Source: Callorhinchus milii (taxonomy: Eukaryota). From it: a DNA stretch of 64,000 nucleotides. The DNA is taken from contig NW_024704743.1 of the NCBI RefSeq assembly GCF_018977255.1, positions 110,424,001 to 110,488,000 on the forward strand, in the 5' to 3' direction. The position numbers and the translations under genes were made by a program. This document shows positions 38,701-49,132 of the stretch, piece after piece. The notes beneath the pieces were generated by a model. That model was not told the origin of the DNA. It saw nothing but the letters and a program-made list of their open reading frames with translations, and did not search any database. The stretch's first letter is position 1. Each line of letters begins with the position of its first letter.

Positions 38701-41700
38701 TTTTTGCAAAAAGCACTTTGAAACATAAAGTTTCCCAGATCCAGCTAATTCACAAAACTTACTTCTGAGCCAAGATCTGTTCAGAGATGCTTGGCGTGCT
38801 GTACAATGTGTTCTCTGCAGGAGATGTGTTTTGTCTGACAATATATGCCACTTTGTTTTTAACAATGAGTGCCTTTTAACGCTCCAATGTCTAACAAAGG
38901 CGGCCAAGTCATCTTGAAAGGTGCAGTATAAATTGGGGCTGCTTCAGCCTTAATGGTTCTAGGTCAATGTTTGTGTATTGAGTGTGTAATGTTTGCGTAT
39001 TGTGTGTGTAATGTTTATGTATTTTATGTGTGATGTTTCCGCATTGTGTGTGTGGTGCCTATGTATTATATGTGGAGCGCTCGTATATTGTGTGTATTGT
39101 GTGTGTAGTGCTGTTAGTATTGCATGTGTTGCTTGTACAAGATTTATTGTGATATGTTCTGGTGTATGGTGTATGCATTACCATAGTGTACCCTATGCTT
39201 AGATAATGGAAGATTTCTTTCTATGCCTTTTCCTCTAGAACTTACATCATTCGCATGCTGACAAGCAAACCATTCAGAACAAAATCAACACCATCATCGA
39301 TTGTTTCATCAACTCCAAGATCCAGCCGTCTGTGCAGATTGACATTACTGAAGAACAAGCGTCAAAAATCATGGCTCAGAGTGAGGAGCAGGGGCCTTAT
39401 ATCTTCAGAGAAGCACAGGTATGGGTTCATCGGTGTGGGCCTGTAACATTTGTGTGAGGAAAGTCAATCCATTACTCACCTCAATGGTAGAAATAATAAA
39501 AAGTTAGAATATCCAACCATCCAGGTAATTTTACACCATAAATATGAATATGGCCGATGGACAAGGAAATCTTGCCAGTGTGCAAAACATGGTCAGGATT
39601 AGGGGTATTAATTCCACTGATGATTGATTAACTCTTTGAGTTACCAATCATACTCCAGCTGTATGTAGTATAATCAAGCATCTAAAGTGCTCTGGGAAGT
39701 CCACAGTCATAGTCTAGGCACTTCAGTGCAGGTTTTGGGGATGTGTGCATCATCGGAGATGCCTTCCTTCAGTTGAAACATTAAACCGAAATCCCATCTG
39801 CTCAGGTTGACGTTAAGGATCCCATGGCAGGATTCAAAAACAGAAGGGAATTTCTACTCGTGTTCTGGCCAACAATCCCCCAGATAAAATTGGTTATTCA
39901 CCTTTATGGCTGTTTGTGGAACATTGCCCTGTGCAATTGGTTACCACATTCACCTACAAAATACACGGTCACTCCACTTTACAGTAAAATCCTGTGTAGT
40001 ACTTCGAGACGTTCTCCTGATTTGAAAGATGCTATATCAAATCAAATTATTATTATTGCTGTTATTATCATTAAAGCAGACACCTCAGAGGGGACATTTA
40101 CAGAGGAATGTAAAATTTTAAATAGGATTGAAAAACTCAGAACAATACTTTTGGATGGACGAAGTCAGTAGATATCAGGATATAAGTTTAGGGTTGCAAA
40201 AGACAATTTCTGGACAGATACCAGGAAGTATTTCTTTACTCATAGAGTAATTAACGATTAGAACAGATTACCAGGAAGGGTGGTTGAGGCCAGGATATTG
40301 GACTTGTTTAAAAAGCAGCATGATGCTATGATGGGAGGATGATAGAGTGGGTATTCTGGGAAAATGAGATCAAATGGTCCGAAAGGCTTGTGTGATCTTA
40401 TGGTTGTCAATCACAGAAGTTAGAGGATTGAAGGAAAACAAGTAGGAAAATTGAGAATAATATGTAGCCCAGCTCCACATGTTTTCAAAGGATGAATGTA
40501 TATGTAAGCTATCTGGAAATAATAATAATAATCCTTGCATTTGAAGATGCACCTTATCCTTGCACCTTATCACGTCTTCGAGACGTCTCAAAGCACTTAA
40601 CAAAATATACTGTAAAGTGAATTGATTGTATATTTTGTGGGTGAAACGCGGCGGCCAATTGTGCACAGCAGTGTTCCACAAACAGTCGTGGATTGAAATT
40701 ACCAATTTTCTCTTTTGAAAGAGTTATAACACCACTTTTCCGGTGTAAAAATTCTTTCAAAAAAAATCGTCTAAGAACCAGATTCCTACTTACTGTTAGG
40801 TAAACAGAGGCGTGTGGAGTAAGGAAACTTGCCCAACATTTCGCCCTGCTAGGAATCGAACCCAGGTCTCTCGCTTGCGAGGTGATTGCTCTAATCACTG
40901 AGCTCCAGGACTCCAAATATGTTGTTATTAAAGTCCTAATGTTTTCACTCCACAGATAACAGTCTTTAGCGTTCTCTTCACACTGTGGCCTGACTTCTGC
41001 AACTTCAGACAAAACGCAGCCGAGCAAATGAAATCTGAAATCTCCGAAATCTCTGAGGTGAAAAAAGCGAAAGATGAAACGCTGAATAAAATGGAACAGG
41101 AAGAGGTGAGCAAGTAGCATCACTATTGTTTTTATCAACTGACCTGAACTTTCAGGCAAAAAAAATATACTATTTGAACTTAAAAGAAATGTGAGCTTCA
41201 AAGCACTTTCTTTCAAAGTAGTCGTCATTTTTTTGAAGAAAGTAATTGAAAATAAATATATTTCTAGTTCTAATACAAATGTCAGTATTGTTAGCTGCAT
41301 GGAGCTCTCCTGTTATCCCTCTAATACTGGGCATGTTGGGAAGGGGGAACTCAAAAGGAGATATTCCAAAGGAACGCAATGCTTTGATGCTCCAAAGGAA
41401 TGCAAGGAAGCAGATTTCCTAGATAGTAGTGGGAAAGAGACAGATTTCCTAGATTTCTCTGGGTCAGGTGGCTCCAGATTGTTTCTTCAGATGGTTGGAA
41501 ATCAAGGTTCCTGCTGTTTGCCTTAGAGCTTGCTCTCACACTGTAGCACAGATGTAACTGAAAAAGCTGCCAACGTGCGGAATGTGCCTAGGTGAAATAT
41601 ATATATATATGTGAAGCTTCTGCAACAGAACTCCTGCCTTTTTTAAAAAAATATGTAGATCCCAGGTAAAATGTGAAATATTGGGTGTGTTAAGGTTAAT

Positions 41701-44700
41701 CAATCATCTAGTTTTGATACCCTAAGAGTCTGATTCCTTTGCTCAAAGACTGAACACCTCATGCAACCAGACTTCACAAGCAGTAAAAAGGCAGTTTGTA
41801 ATACAATGGGATTTTGACCTCAGTGCTAAACGTTACAGTAGAAAGCCAACATCCACAATAATTGAGGTCAATCCCATTGTGGATATGAAAAGAGTTCAGA
41901 TATCAGATCATTATGCAAAATCTTCCTCAATCAGTACTATACCTTGCCAGACCCCAATCACCCCCCTCACCACACACACACACAATTACAAAAACACAGA
42001 GCCCTTCTCTGTGTCTCTCTGACTGTATCATTGCCTCTCTCTCTCTCTTTGTATGTCTTTCTCTGTCTCCCACCTTTAATACTCTGTAGTATCGCTCAAT
42101 AATTCCTGCTGTTAGTCAGACACGCATTCATGAAACAACATCCTCTGCCGGTTGAAATGCTGTATATAATTACAGATCCTAATCCCAGCAAATTATGGTT
42201 CAATGAACATCGAGTACCAGTCAGTAGGTGGAGTTTAGTTTCAATCTTACATTGCAGTTGGTGAATCAAAGTCGCAATTTAAATACAGTACACCTGGTAT
42301 CTCTGCAATGTGACTCTAAACCTTTAAGGAAGCATTTCTGAATAAAACTAGCTATCAGGAATCATGTATCATGTACCAGTGATGTGACTGTACATGTGCA
42401 CAGATTGCCAGCGAGCTCCATATCGTATTTATCGCAGTTCAAATTCCCATTCTTGCGCCACTATGTTTTGAAGTGGGACAATAGGATTTCAAGCACAATT
42501 GGTAACCAAGGACGGATCGGGCTGTAAGGATGTCGCTTATTTGGATTTTAAGGTAAGAAAATGTCGAGGTCCACAAACCCATGTTAGTGAATTAAGTCTC
42601 AATATATATTGAAAAATTACCTTTCCTTCATTCTAGATTTTTGCTATCAGCTTTTGGAAAATGCCGCATCTGTAAGACTCAGTTATTATTTTATCACGTT
42701 CAAAATAAAGAATTCTACTCTATAAGAACTCTATTCTTTAATCAAGCTTTTGGACTCTGTTGAAAGAAACATTTTAAGGCTTCAATTTCCCCACTTTGTA
42801 GCATTTCTGCTTGTGTAAATTCTCCAACTATCTTTCTATCTGTAAATAAATTTATTTGGGTTGAAGTGGCAAAAGCCTGTGTTGTATTGTAATATTTCCA
42901 CATTAGAAATAAACTGGGAGTGTAGTTAAGACTGCATTATTAAAGACTCCTAAAAGGGAACACTGTATAAAGGCAAAAGCTACCTTCTAGTTCCTGAAGG
43001 ACTTTTGAATTGTTATTGTGTCACTGTTCATCCTTTCCATTCATATTACTGTTTATTGTATATCTCGTTTCTTTGTTCTTGTTCCCTAGTCAGACTAGTC
43101 ACCCCTAGTGTACCATTTCCCCTCTCATGCCACAAGGTCACCAAGTATGAGCCCCATTTTCTCTATTTTCTATTTCCCTACAAACAGCCCACTGCCCCAT
43201 CCTAGGCAATCACATTGATATCATATGCCACACTGACACCAGCTCAACCCCGGAAACACCTTCCCATTCACTGAGGCCAGCTCACCAGGACACACATTCC
43301 ATCATATTCCTGCTCCAATCGCCATGGCAATTTGTAAGATGTTATATAAGTGTAAATTTGTATTGTGTTGTATCACTCTCACAAATGTAACAGGCAATAC
43401 AGCAAACACAAACAAATACTAAAGGAAGATGGCTCCTCAGTCTTTAAACGCTGGATGGGTGGGGAGTTAGCAGAGTCTCCTTGGAGCTGTTCTGGCTCCA
43501 CCGTCTGTAGACCTCCAGGGCACTGCTGATAACAGACCAGCCAGCCTGGCTTGGAAATTCTTTTGGATGCTCAGAGACTTGTGTATCAGGTAGAATAACA
43601 CTCTACCTTTTTATTTAGTGTTTGGTTACAGAGAAAAGCTTAGCCTCCATTTGGCAACTTTCTGCAGCACCAGGAACAGGAATTCTTCCCATCGATGCCT
43701 ATTAATCCCACAAGCCAAAGCCCTCAAGGGTAGGGTGGTCCAAGCTAGATAAGCAGCAGTTCAGTGGCAAGCTATGCAATTTAGCTAATTAAACTCCACC
43801 AGTACCCTAACACATACTCTCGGGTCACCAAGCTTTGACACTTGCCAACTTGCACCTAATGCACACTGGAATTTCGTAAGCAGTGTGTGTTACTCCAGAG
43901 AGAGTGTAGAAGGTGCTATATAAATGTAAGAGAGTGTGCTTTCCATTTCTGACACAAGGAAACATCTATGTGTACTCTTAAGTACATTAATGCATTCCTG
44001 CATGTCAAGCACCTGACTGATCAAAACAAAGTCTCCAAGCTATTAGCTGGAGAGTGGCATTGACGGAAAGCTGGGAGCAGGTTCTAAGTTTTTCTATGGG
44101 TTTCATGAATCGAGTAAATGAAGATAAAACATTTTTCCACAAAATACACCAAGACACACTTATCAAGGTTTGGTTTCTTTCTCACAGCTTATACTGTATG
44201 TATTTGTTTTATCTTTGTTTTTATTGTCGTGGGTAAAATTGTCGTGGGAAATTTCCAGTGGGTACCCACTAGAAATTTCCTTGAACTGTTTTATTTTACT
44301 GAAGGAGGCTGAAATTCAGAGCCCTGAAATAAACAATATTTTACGGAATCTGGACACTGAGAGCGCCCCCAGTGAAAATGTGCATAAACTGTCATTGAAG
44401 GGAGGAAGCAGCCTTAATCTCGTAAGTGGAAATACTATGTACTTTTATGATTTTTGCAATTTAGCAGTGTCACAGTGTTTTAATAACACACTGAGTGAAA
44501 AGGGCTTTGGGTACAGCCTGAATGTAGTTCAGGCTGTACCCAAAGCTGTTGGGTATGTAGTTTAGGGGGTGAGCTTCACAGGTCTTTGGCTAGAAACATG
44601 CAGAAATTAGATTGAGAGGACTGAAATACAAAGGAAGTGAAATTTGCAGTCTAAGCACTATTAATTCAGTGCTCTGAAACACTATCCCATGTGAAGGGCG

Positions 44701-47700
44701 CTATATACTGTACATTCAAGTTGTTGTAATTACATCGATGGGCCAGAAGCAGACCCCCCTGACGTTGTTCTTGATGGTGAAACTAGAGAATAGCCAGTAG
44801 TTTTGTATTTGAGATAATATCGGGGAGAATGCAAAGGCTTTGGATACCAGCAAGAATGGTGTGACCCATTCTGAGTGTCTGTTACTGCAGCCCATGTAGC
44901 TTAGCCAGATGAGAAGCACTGTGTGGACATTGTTCTTGATGGTGAACCTGGAGAATTGATGGGCTACCAGTAGTTTAGTGTTTGAGATAGTATCGGGGAG
45001 CCCATTCATGTTTAAATAATAATAACCCTTGCATTTATTGTAGCACTTTTCATGTGGTGGGATAACTCAAAGCGGTTCAATGTACACTATGATGATTCAT
45101 AATGATTGACTTGTGATTTGAGCGAGTAGAGGTGATTGTTTTACCAGGGGAATGGCTAGGATTGGGAAATGGTTCTGGATTTGAGGGCGAGTGTGTTGAA
45201 GTTGGGCAAGAGGCAGACTTTTAGCAGCTCAATAAAAGAATTGAGGTCCCGGTGATTGGAGAACCAAAGGGAGAGAAGTTCAAAGGATGAGATGGCATTT
45301 CAGGAAGAATAGGGAGGAGGTTTTCTCCAGAGAAGGAAGGAGATGATGGAGGGCTTGGTAGTGAGGAGTGGGGGAGTTTATGTGGAGTGAGGGTGAGGTT
45401 AAGGGAGGAGAAGACATTGGAGAAATCAGAGGAGATGGGCAGGAAGGATTAAAGTACCCATAATGAGGAGGTTGGTCACCAGTGCCTTTCACAGATGAGT
45501 ACCTAGTCGGACATTGGCATATTGAATTTAGACGGGATGATCAGAGTCAAGCAGTCCTGAGATAAACAGGAAAATCTGCTATAGGATAAAGGTTTGGGTG
45601 ACAGTGAATACAATGAATCTCACTTGTCAAATGTTAATGCCCTAGGTATCCCTATGATGCTTTTAAGGGCTTTGCAAATCATTTCCTATCATGTTCACTT
45701 TAGTCATAGTACGTGTGCTTTCAGTGTACTGTATACTTGTTTATTCTACTAAAGAACATAGCAGATTGTCTTGCTTTTTTTTCTGAATTGTTTTACGTTT
45801 TCTTTAAAATTCCTTTGCAGTTTCCATTTCTGAACAGAAAGGTAAGAACTAATAAAATCATCTCCTTATTGCTTTGTGCTCTTACGTGTTTTTTTTAACA
45901 TTTCATTACTTTTGGTATAGCGCCTCCTACATCAGGAGGAGTCTCAAAGTGCTTCACAGGATATACAGTATTATGAAGTGGAATGACTATATTTTATGGG
46001 CAAACTCTTGGATGGGTTTATTTTGTGGGTGTTTTGTTGTGCTGTGCACTTGCTCCCCCCTCCCCCCCCGGCCTCCCACTTTCTTCCTTTCCTATTGCTA
46101 CAGTACTTTCTGATCTTCTCTCCTATCTGTCAACTCTATCATCTACTGCCTATCTCTTTCCAAATATAATAATAATAATCCTTGCATTTGATATAGCGCC
46201 TTATCACGTCACCGAGATGTCTCAAAGCCATGATTTGCCCAACCCCACTCCTGCTGACATCACTGCTGACAACCCCACATCACTAATGACATTCTGTGAT
46301 CAGGGCTCCCTCTGCCTCCTTGTCCTCCTCGACTTTTCTGCCGCCTTCAACACTGTCGACTACTCCATCCTCATACACTGCCTCTCCTCCTTACTTAATC
46401 TTCGCGGACTTGCCCTTCCCTGGTTCGATTCCTATTTCTCTCACCGTCTCCACTTTGTTGCCTCTAACGGTTTCTCCTCCAGTCCCCGCACTGTCACGTC
46501 TGGGGTCCCCCAGGGCTCTGTCCTTGGCCCTCTCCTCTTTAATATCTACATGCTCCCCCTTGGTGACATCATCCGCAGACATGGGGTCAACTTCCATATG
46601 TATGCAGATGACACCCAACTCTATCTTTCTGCCTCCATCCTTAACTCCAGGACCACTGACAGTCGGACATCAAGTCCTGGATGAGGGCAAACTTCCTACG
46701 GTTGAATGCGAACAAGACTGAGGCCCTTCTGATTGGCTCACGCCAGCACCTCTGCACCTCAGGCTCTGGTAGCATCAACCTCCATGGTTGCACACTTCAA
46801 CTCACCAAGCCAGTCAGGAACCAAGCTGTCTTGCTCAACCCTCAACTGTCCTTTCTTCCCCACATCCAAGCCATGACCCACTCTGCCTTCCCTCACCTCC
46901 GTAACATTGCCCGACTCCGCCACTACCTCACCCCTCAGGCCGCTGAAACTCTTGTTCATGCCTTCATCACCTCCAGGCTCGACTATTCAAATGCCCTGCT
47001 TGTCGGCCTTCCCAATCCTCCCTCCACAGGCTGCAGATAATCCAGAACTCTGCAGCCCGTGTCCTCTCCCACACCAAACTCCATGACCCCATTTCCCCCA
47101 TTCTCGCCCGACTCCATTGGCTCCCTATCCTTCAAAGGATCCAGTTCAAAATCCTGGTCTTCACCTACAAAGCCCTCAATAGTCTCGCCCCACCCTACCT
47201 ATGCGACCTACTAACCCCCTACCAACCCGCCCGCTCCCTCCGCTCAGCCGGCTCTGGCCTGCTCCACGTCACCCGACCACCCGCCCTACCATTGGCAGGA
47301 GAGCCTTCAGCCACTCTGCCCCCAACCTCTGGAACTCCATTCCCCAATCACTCCACCTTTCCCCCTCCTTAGCCTCTTTCAAGTCCCACCTCAAAACCCT
47401 CCTCTTCGACCATGCCATTGGTCACCCCCCCTTCCTCTCCCCTCCCTTCTCCCCCCGACCCCAGCTCGAGTCTGAAATGCTGTACACTGTCCAGCGCCTT
47501 GGGACGCCCTCCCGACTTGAAAGTTGCTGTACAAGTGTAATCTTGTTGTTGTTGCTGCTGCTTTCTGTAGGCCTGAAATTCCGGGAGCCAAACGTTGAAA
47601 AAAGATAATGGCAGTTCACAGTTTTTATTTGTGCTCAGCTGCTTAGTGCTGAATTATTCTGGGAGAGACACACATCCTCCCTAAACACCTAACAAATGGG

Positions 47701-49132
47701 AACCAGCGCAAAGAATCTGAGCCTCGCAAAGGAGGCAGCCTCTATCTGCCTTGTATATGAAATGAATGCGTTCTCATCACGTAGCAATGATATAATGGGG
47801 AGATCTTACCCAAATCTGGAGAGACTTTGTACCCAAACAGTCACTAGTAAATTTCTGGGATCTCGATTTGTTGCCTTCAAAAGCCATGCTTGGAATCTAG
47901 GTCTCTTTTACTTGTGCATGAGAACATAGCTTGCAATTTAAGGTGGAGAATGGTTCTTTCTGTCAATCTCTGCCAAAACCACAGGTAGCTTGTTAATGCC
48001 AAGACCAACCAGTCATATATTAGCACTTATGTTGATCAGATCTTATCTTGCGGGATTCCAAAATGAATTGATTTACTTTAACAATAAGTTTTGTAAAAAT
48101 GTGTGGGTTTTTTTCTATTCTCTCTGATAGATTTCCTGGTCCTTTTCCAAATACATGGAGGCACTAGAGAGGGAAAAACAGTTGACTCGAAGACAGAAAA
48201 GTGTGGAAAAAAAGCAGCCTATCGTATTGCCAGTTGCTCCTCCAGGTAATTTCCACTACTATACATTTATAGTGCACTATAGAGAAGTTCTTGGACGAAA
48301 TATAGCAATCATGGTTGGGACAATTTAAAGCAGTACACCCAGTGCATAAACTGGGGACTCCAAGCCTGGTTCTTGTCAACCTGTACCTAATACCCTCCGG
48401 GGACAGAGTGCACACTCCATTCCAAGGTAATTTCCATTCATTTTGTTAACCTCTCAGACTGGTTCAGTTACCTATAATGTTGAAACGTCTCAAGACTTCA
48501 CAGATAATTGCTGTAAACTGTCGTGAGGCAGCCAATTTGCAAACAGCATTATGCTGCAAACAGCAATGAGGTGAATATTTAATTGGAAGATTGTTGGCCA
48601 GAACACCAGGAGAAACTCCATCTCTTTTCAAATAGTGTTGTGAGAATGTCAATTTCCAGCTGAGAACATATTGTAATACATTATACAAAGGACGGCCCCT
48701 TAAACAATGCAACTCTCCCCCAATACTGAACTGGATTGGGAGCCTAGACTGCGACCTCAAGTCCTAATACGGGGCTCGAAACCAAAGTGAAAACCTTCCC
48801 CTGGACTGAGATTTATCAGCTTGACAATTATAAAATAATCCATCTGAGCAAAAGTAACTATAAAAATAACTATTTAATAATTGTACGTGGGACACTGCAT
48901 CACTATATTCTTACCTTAGTATAAAACCAGAAAATGTAAGTTATCTCTTCATTGGAAAACTGCATAGCAGCTTACATTATTTTTCTCAGACAATGACTAA
49001 ACATTGACTTTTCCCTTTACAGATGTTCAATCCATTTACAGCTTCGCTACAGATGTTGTTATTGCTGAGCGATCCCAGTCAGCTCCAATCATGTTTGAAA
49101 TAGACAGCTTAATTTCCAGTACATTGCTCTGA
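12282..49132 (+). CDS. RGS22: Regulator of G-protein signaling 22; 27 coding exons, ~1236 aa
   Basis: Exons join in frame (3711 nt) and match remembered RGS22 blocks: [89 protein letters not shown]. Gene order FBXO43-RGS22 as in human. Confidence 0.95.
12490..12880 (-). mobile_element. CR1 LINE RT fragment, degraded
   Basis: Reverse complement contains GVPQG-like (gtacccccaggggt), FVGDTKIG and WKMKFN-like segments. Confidence 0.65.
13000..14830 (-). mobile_element. L2 LINE ORF2 (RT) fragment with 3' tail, frameshifted
   Basis: Minus-strand pieces [67 protein letters not shown]. Confidence 0.9.
15357..15573 (-). mobile_element. Young SINE 3' module nested in an L2 tail (L2 ~15215-15840, minus)
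   Basis: Near-identical to the copies at 26317, 53295 and 57176; L2 tail sequence on both sides. Confidence 0.85.
16084..16112 (+). CDS. RGS22: RGS22 exon 2 ([10 protein letters not shown])
   Basis: Strong acceptor, gtaagt donor, 29 nt, phases 1 to 0. Confidence 0.85.
16663..16725 (+). CDS. RGS22: RGS22 exon 3 ([21 protein letters not shown])
   Basis: Homology; canonical sites. Confidence 0.93.
17069..17290 (+). CDS. RGS22: RGS22 exon 4 ([18 protein letters not shown]..)
   Basis: Homology; canonical sites. Confidence 0.9.
17368..17727 (-). mobile_element. tRNA-SINE, long variant, full length
   Basis: Head gctctaaccactgagctac (reverse complement) and (TAA)n tail. Confidence 0.85.
18311..18396 (+). 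CDS. RGS22: RGS22 exon 5 ([29 protein letters not shown])
   Basis: Homology; canonical sites. Confidence 0.93.
19422..19587 (+). CDS. RGS22: RGS22 exon 6 ([16 protein letters not shown])
   Basis: In phase; gtaagg donor. Confidence 0.88.
20189..20330 (+). CDS. RGS22: RGS22 exon 7 (ASITENK..)
   Basis: In phase; gtaagg donor; weak homology. Confidence 0.75.
20769..21234 (+). CDS. RGS22: RGS22 exon 8 (Glu/Lys-rich linker, then [28 protein letters not shown])
   Basis: Clear RGS22 homology at the 3' end; 5' boundary uncertain (20745 is also in phase). Confidence 0.85.
21360..21595 (+). repeat. Unclassified ~230-bp dispersed repeat (other copies ~43795-44030 +, ~55665-55890 +, ~48335-48440 -; end fragments ~7965-8030 -, ~23145-23200 -)
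   Basis: Shared blocks cagtaccctaa..cactct..ccaagctt..gaattaggtaa.cagga..gagagagtg.gcatt.cattc..atgtgtag..tgggtttcc..ctgacc. Confidence 0.7.
22853..23014 (+). CDS. RGS22: RGS22 exon 9 (..IVEPLLLYW)
   Basis: Homology; gtgagt donor. Confidence 0.92.
23263..23452 (+). CDS. RGS22: RGS22 exon 10 ([24 protein letters not shown])
   Basis: Homology; in phase. Confidence 0.92.
23665..24150 (+). mobile_element. CR1 LINE RT fragment
   Basis: [45 protein letters not shown] motifs. Similar pieces at 26030-26245, 36570-36960 and 40070-40410. Confidence 0.8.
24287..24417 (+). CDS. RGS22: RGS22 exon 11 (low-conservation linker)
   Basis: tttcag| acceptor, gtgagt donor; the only open frame is the required one. 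Confidence 0.7.
24595..24940. repeat. Minisatellite, ~20-bp unit (accccaacattccccactg) with a higher-order internal duplication
   Basis: Tandem units seen directly; the block ccaatgttgctcactgacc..gactccagtgttcccc occurs twice ~170 bp apart. Confidence 0.9.
25322..25415 (+). CDS. RGS22: RGS22 exon 12
   Basis: Strong acceptor, gtaagt donor; phases 2 to 0 fit neighbours. Confidence 0.75.
26317..26515 (-). mobile_element. Young SINE 3' module
   Basis: Near-identical to the other young copies. Confidence 0.85.
26520..27570 (-). mobile_element. L2 LINE ORF2 RT/3' fragment
   Basis: [48 protein letters not shown]. Confidence 0.9.
27999..28375 (+). mobile_element. tRNA-SINE, long variant
   Basis: Head, central domain and tail recognisable. 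Confidence 0.8.
28870..28995 (+). CDS. RGS22: RGS22 exon 13 ([23 protein letters not shown])
   Basis: Homology; gtgagt donor. Confidence 0.92.
29723..30160 (+). mobile_element. Older DeuSINE (SacSINE/AmnSINE-like Deu domain); similar copies ~31830-32175, 33436-33860, 35950-36395, 39700-40060, 48470-48780 (-), 51575-52185
   Basis: tRNA-like head tagcactctcgcctctgagtcagaagg..ggttcaa; Deu-type core gatgagatattaaa..ccatctgc..taaagatcccatggcacta..gtcctggcca. Confidence 0.8.
30376..30477 (+). CDS. RGS22: RGS22 exon 14 ([30 protein letters not shown]); GC donor
   Basis: Homology; ends CAG|GCAAGA. Confidence 0.9.
30739..30933 (+). CDS. RGS22: RGS22 exon 15 (..[25 protein letters not shown]..)
   Basis: Strong homology. 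Confidence 0.95.
31424..31510 (+). CDS. RGS22: RGS22 exon 16 ([14 protein letters not shown])
   Basis: Homology; phase 0/0. Confidence 0.85.
32436..32611 (+). CDS. RGS22: RGS22 exon 17 (..[25 protein letters not shown])
   Basis: In phase; alternative in-frame acceptor at 32451. Confidence 0.88.
32836..32998 (+). CDS. RGS22: RGS22 exon 18 ([27 protein letters not shown])
   Basis: Strong homology. Confidence 0.95.
34104..34262 (+). CDS. RGS22: RGS22 exon 19 ([29 protein letters not shown])
   Basis: Strong homology. Confidence 0.94.
34447..35140 (-). mobile_element. Young L2 LINE 3' fragment with (TTG)n tail
   Basis: CpG-intact; [44 protein letters not shown]; near-identical to 54963-55408. 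Confidence 0.9.
37036..37104 (+). CDS. RGS22: RGS22 exon 20 ([17 protein letters not shown])
   Basis: Homology; gtgaga donor. Confidence 0.85.
38500..38664 (+). CDS. RGS22: RGS22 exon 21 ([29 protein letters not shown])
   Basis: RGS-domain homology. Confidence 0.95.
39239..39418 (+). CDS. RGS22: RGS22 exon 22 (..[27 protein letters not shown])
   Basis: RGS-domain homology. Confidence 0.95.
40518..40915 (-). mobile_element. tRNA-SINE, long variant, with duplicated tail
   Basis: Full head and tail; gcaccttatc repeated at the tail. Confidence 0.85.
40956..41105 (+). CDS. RGS22: RGS22 exon 23 ([18 protein letters not shown]..)
   Basis: Homology. Confidence 0.92.
41803..41880. repeat. Short inverted repeat (MITE-like)
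   Basis: acaatgggattttgacctca ... tgaggtcaatcccattgt. Confidence 0.7.
44305..44421 (+). CDS. RGS22: RGS22 exon 24 (probable)
   Basis: Open, phase 0/0, gtaagt donor; little recognisable homology. Confidence 0.65.
45821..45841 (+). CDS. RGS22: RGS22 21-nt microexon (FPFLNRK), probable
   Basis: Long pyrimidine tract with tgcag| acceptor; aag|gtaaga donor; frame-preserving. Confidence 0.6.
46285..47560 (+). mobile_element. L2 LINE ORF2 RT fragment with tail
   Basis: [58 protein letters not shown]; (TTG)n tail. Confidence 0.92.
48131..48245 (+). CDS. RGS22: RGS22 exon 26 ([18 protein letters not shown])
   Basis: Homology to the RGS22 C-terminal W.YSKY.EALE block. Confidence 0.9.
49023..49132 (+). 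CDS. RGS22: RGS22 last coding exon (..DSLISSTLL*)
   Basis: Strong acceptor, phase 1, open to TGA 49130-49132; a donor follows at 49143. Confidence 0.7.

Noticed and set aside
40554..41300. 248-aa minus-strand ORF
   Set aside because: Antisense to RGS22 exon 23 plus SINE sequence; not an independent gene.
42404..42552. Candidate extra RGS22 exon with a strong AAG|GTAAGA donor
   Set aside because: In-frame TAG in the required phase and no homology.
45983..47608. RT-containing ORFs as an intact retroelement or domesticated gene
   Set aside because: 5'-truncated, frameshifted L2 fragment with no endonuclease domain or ORF1.
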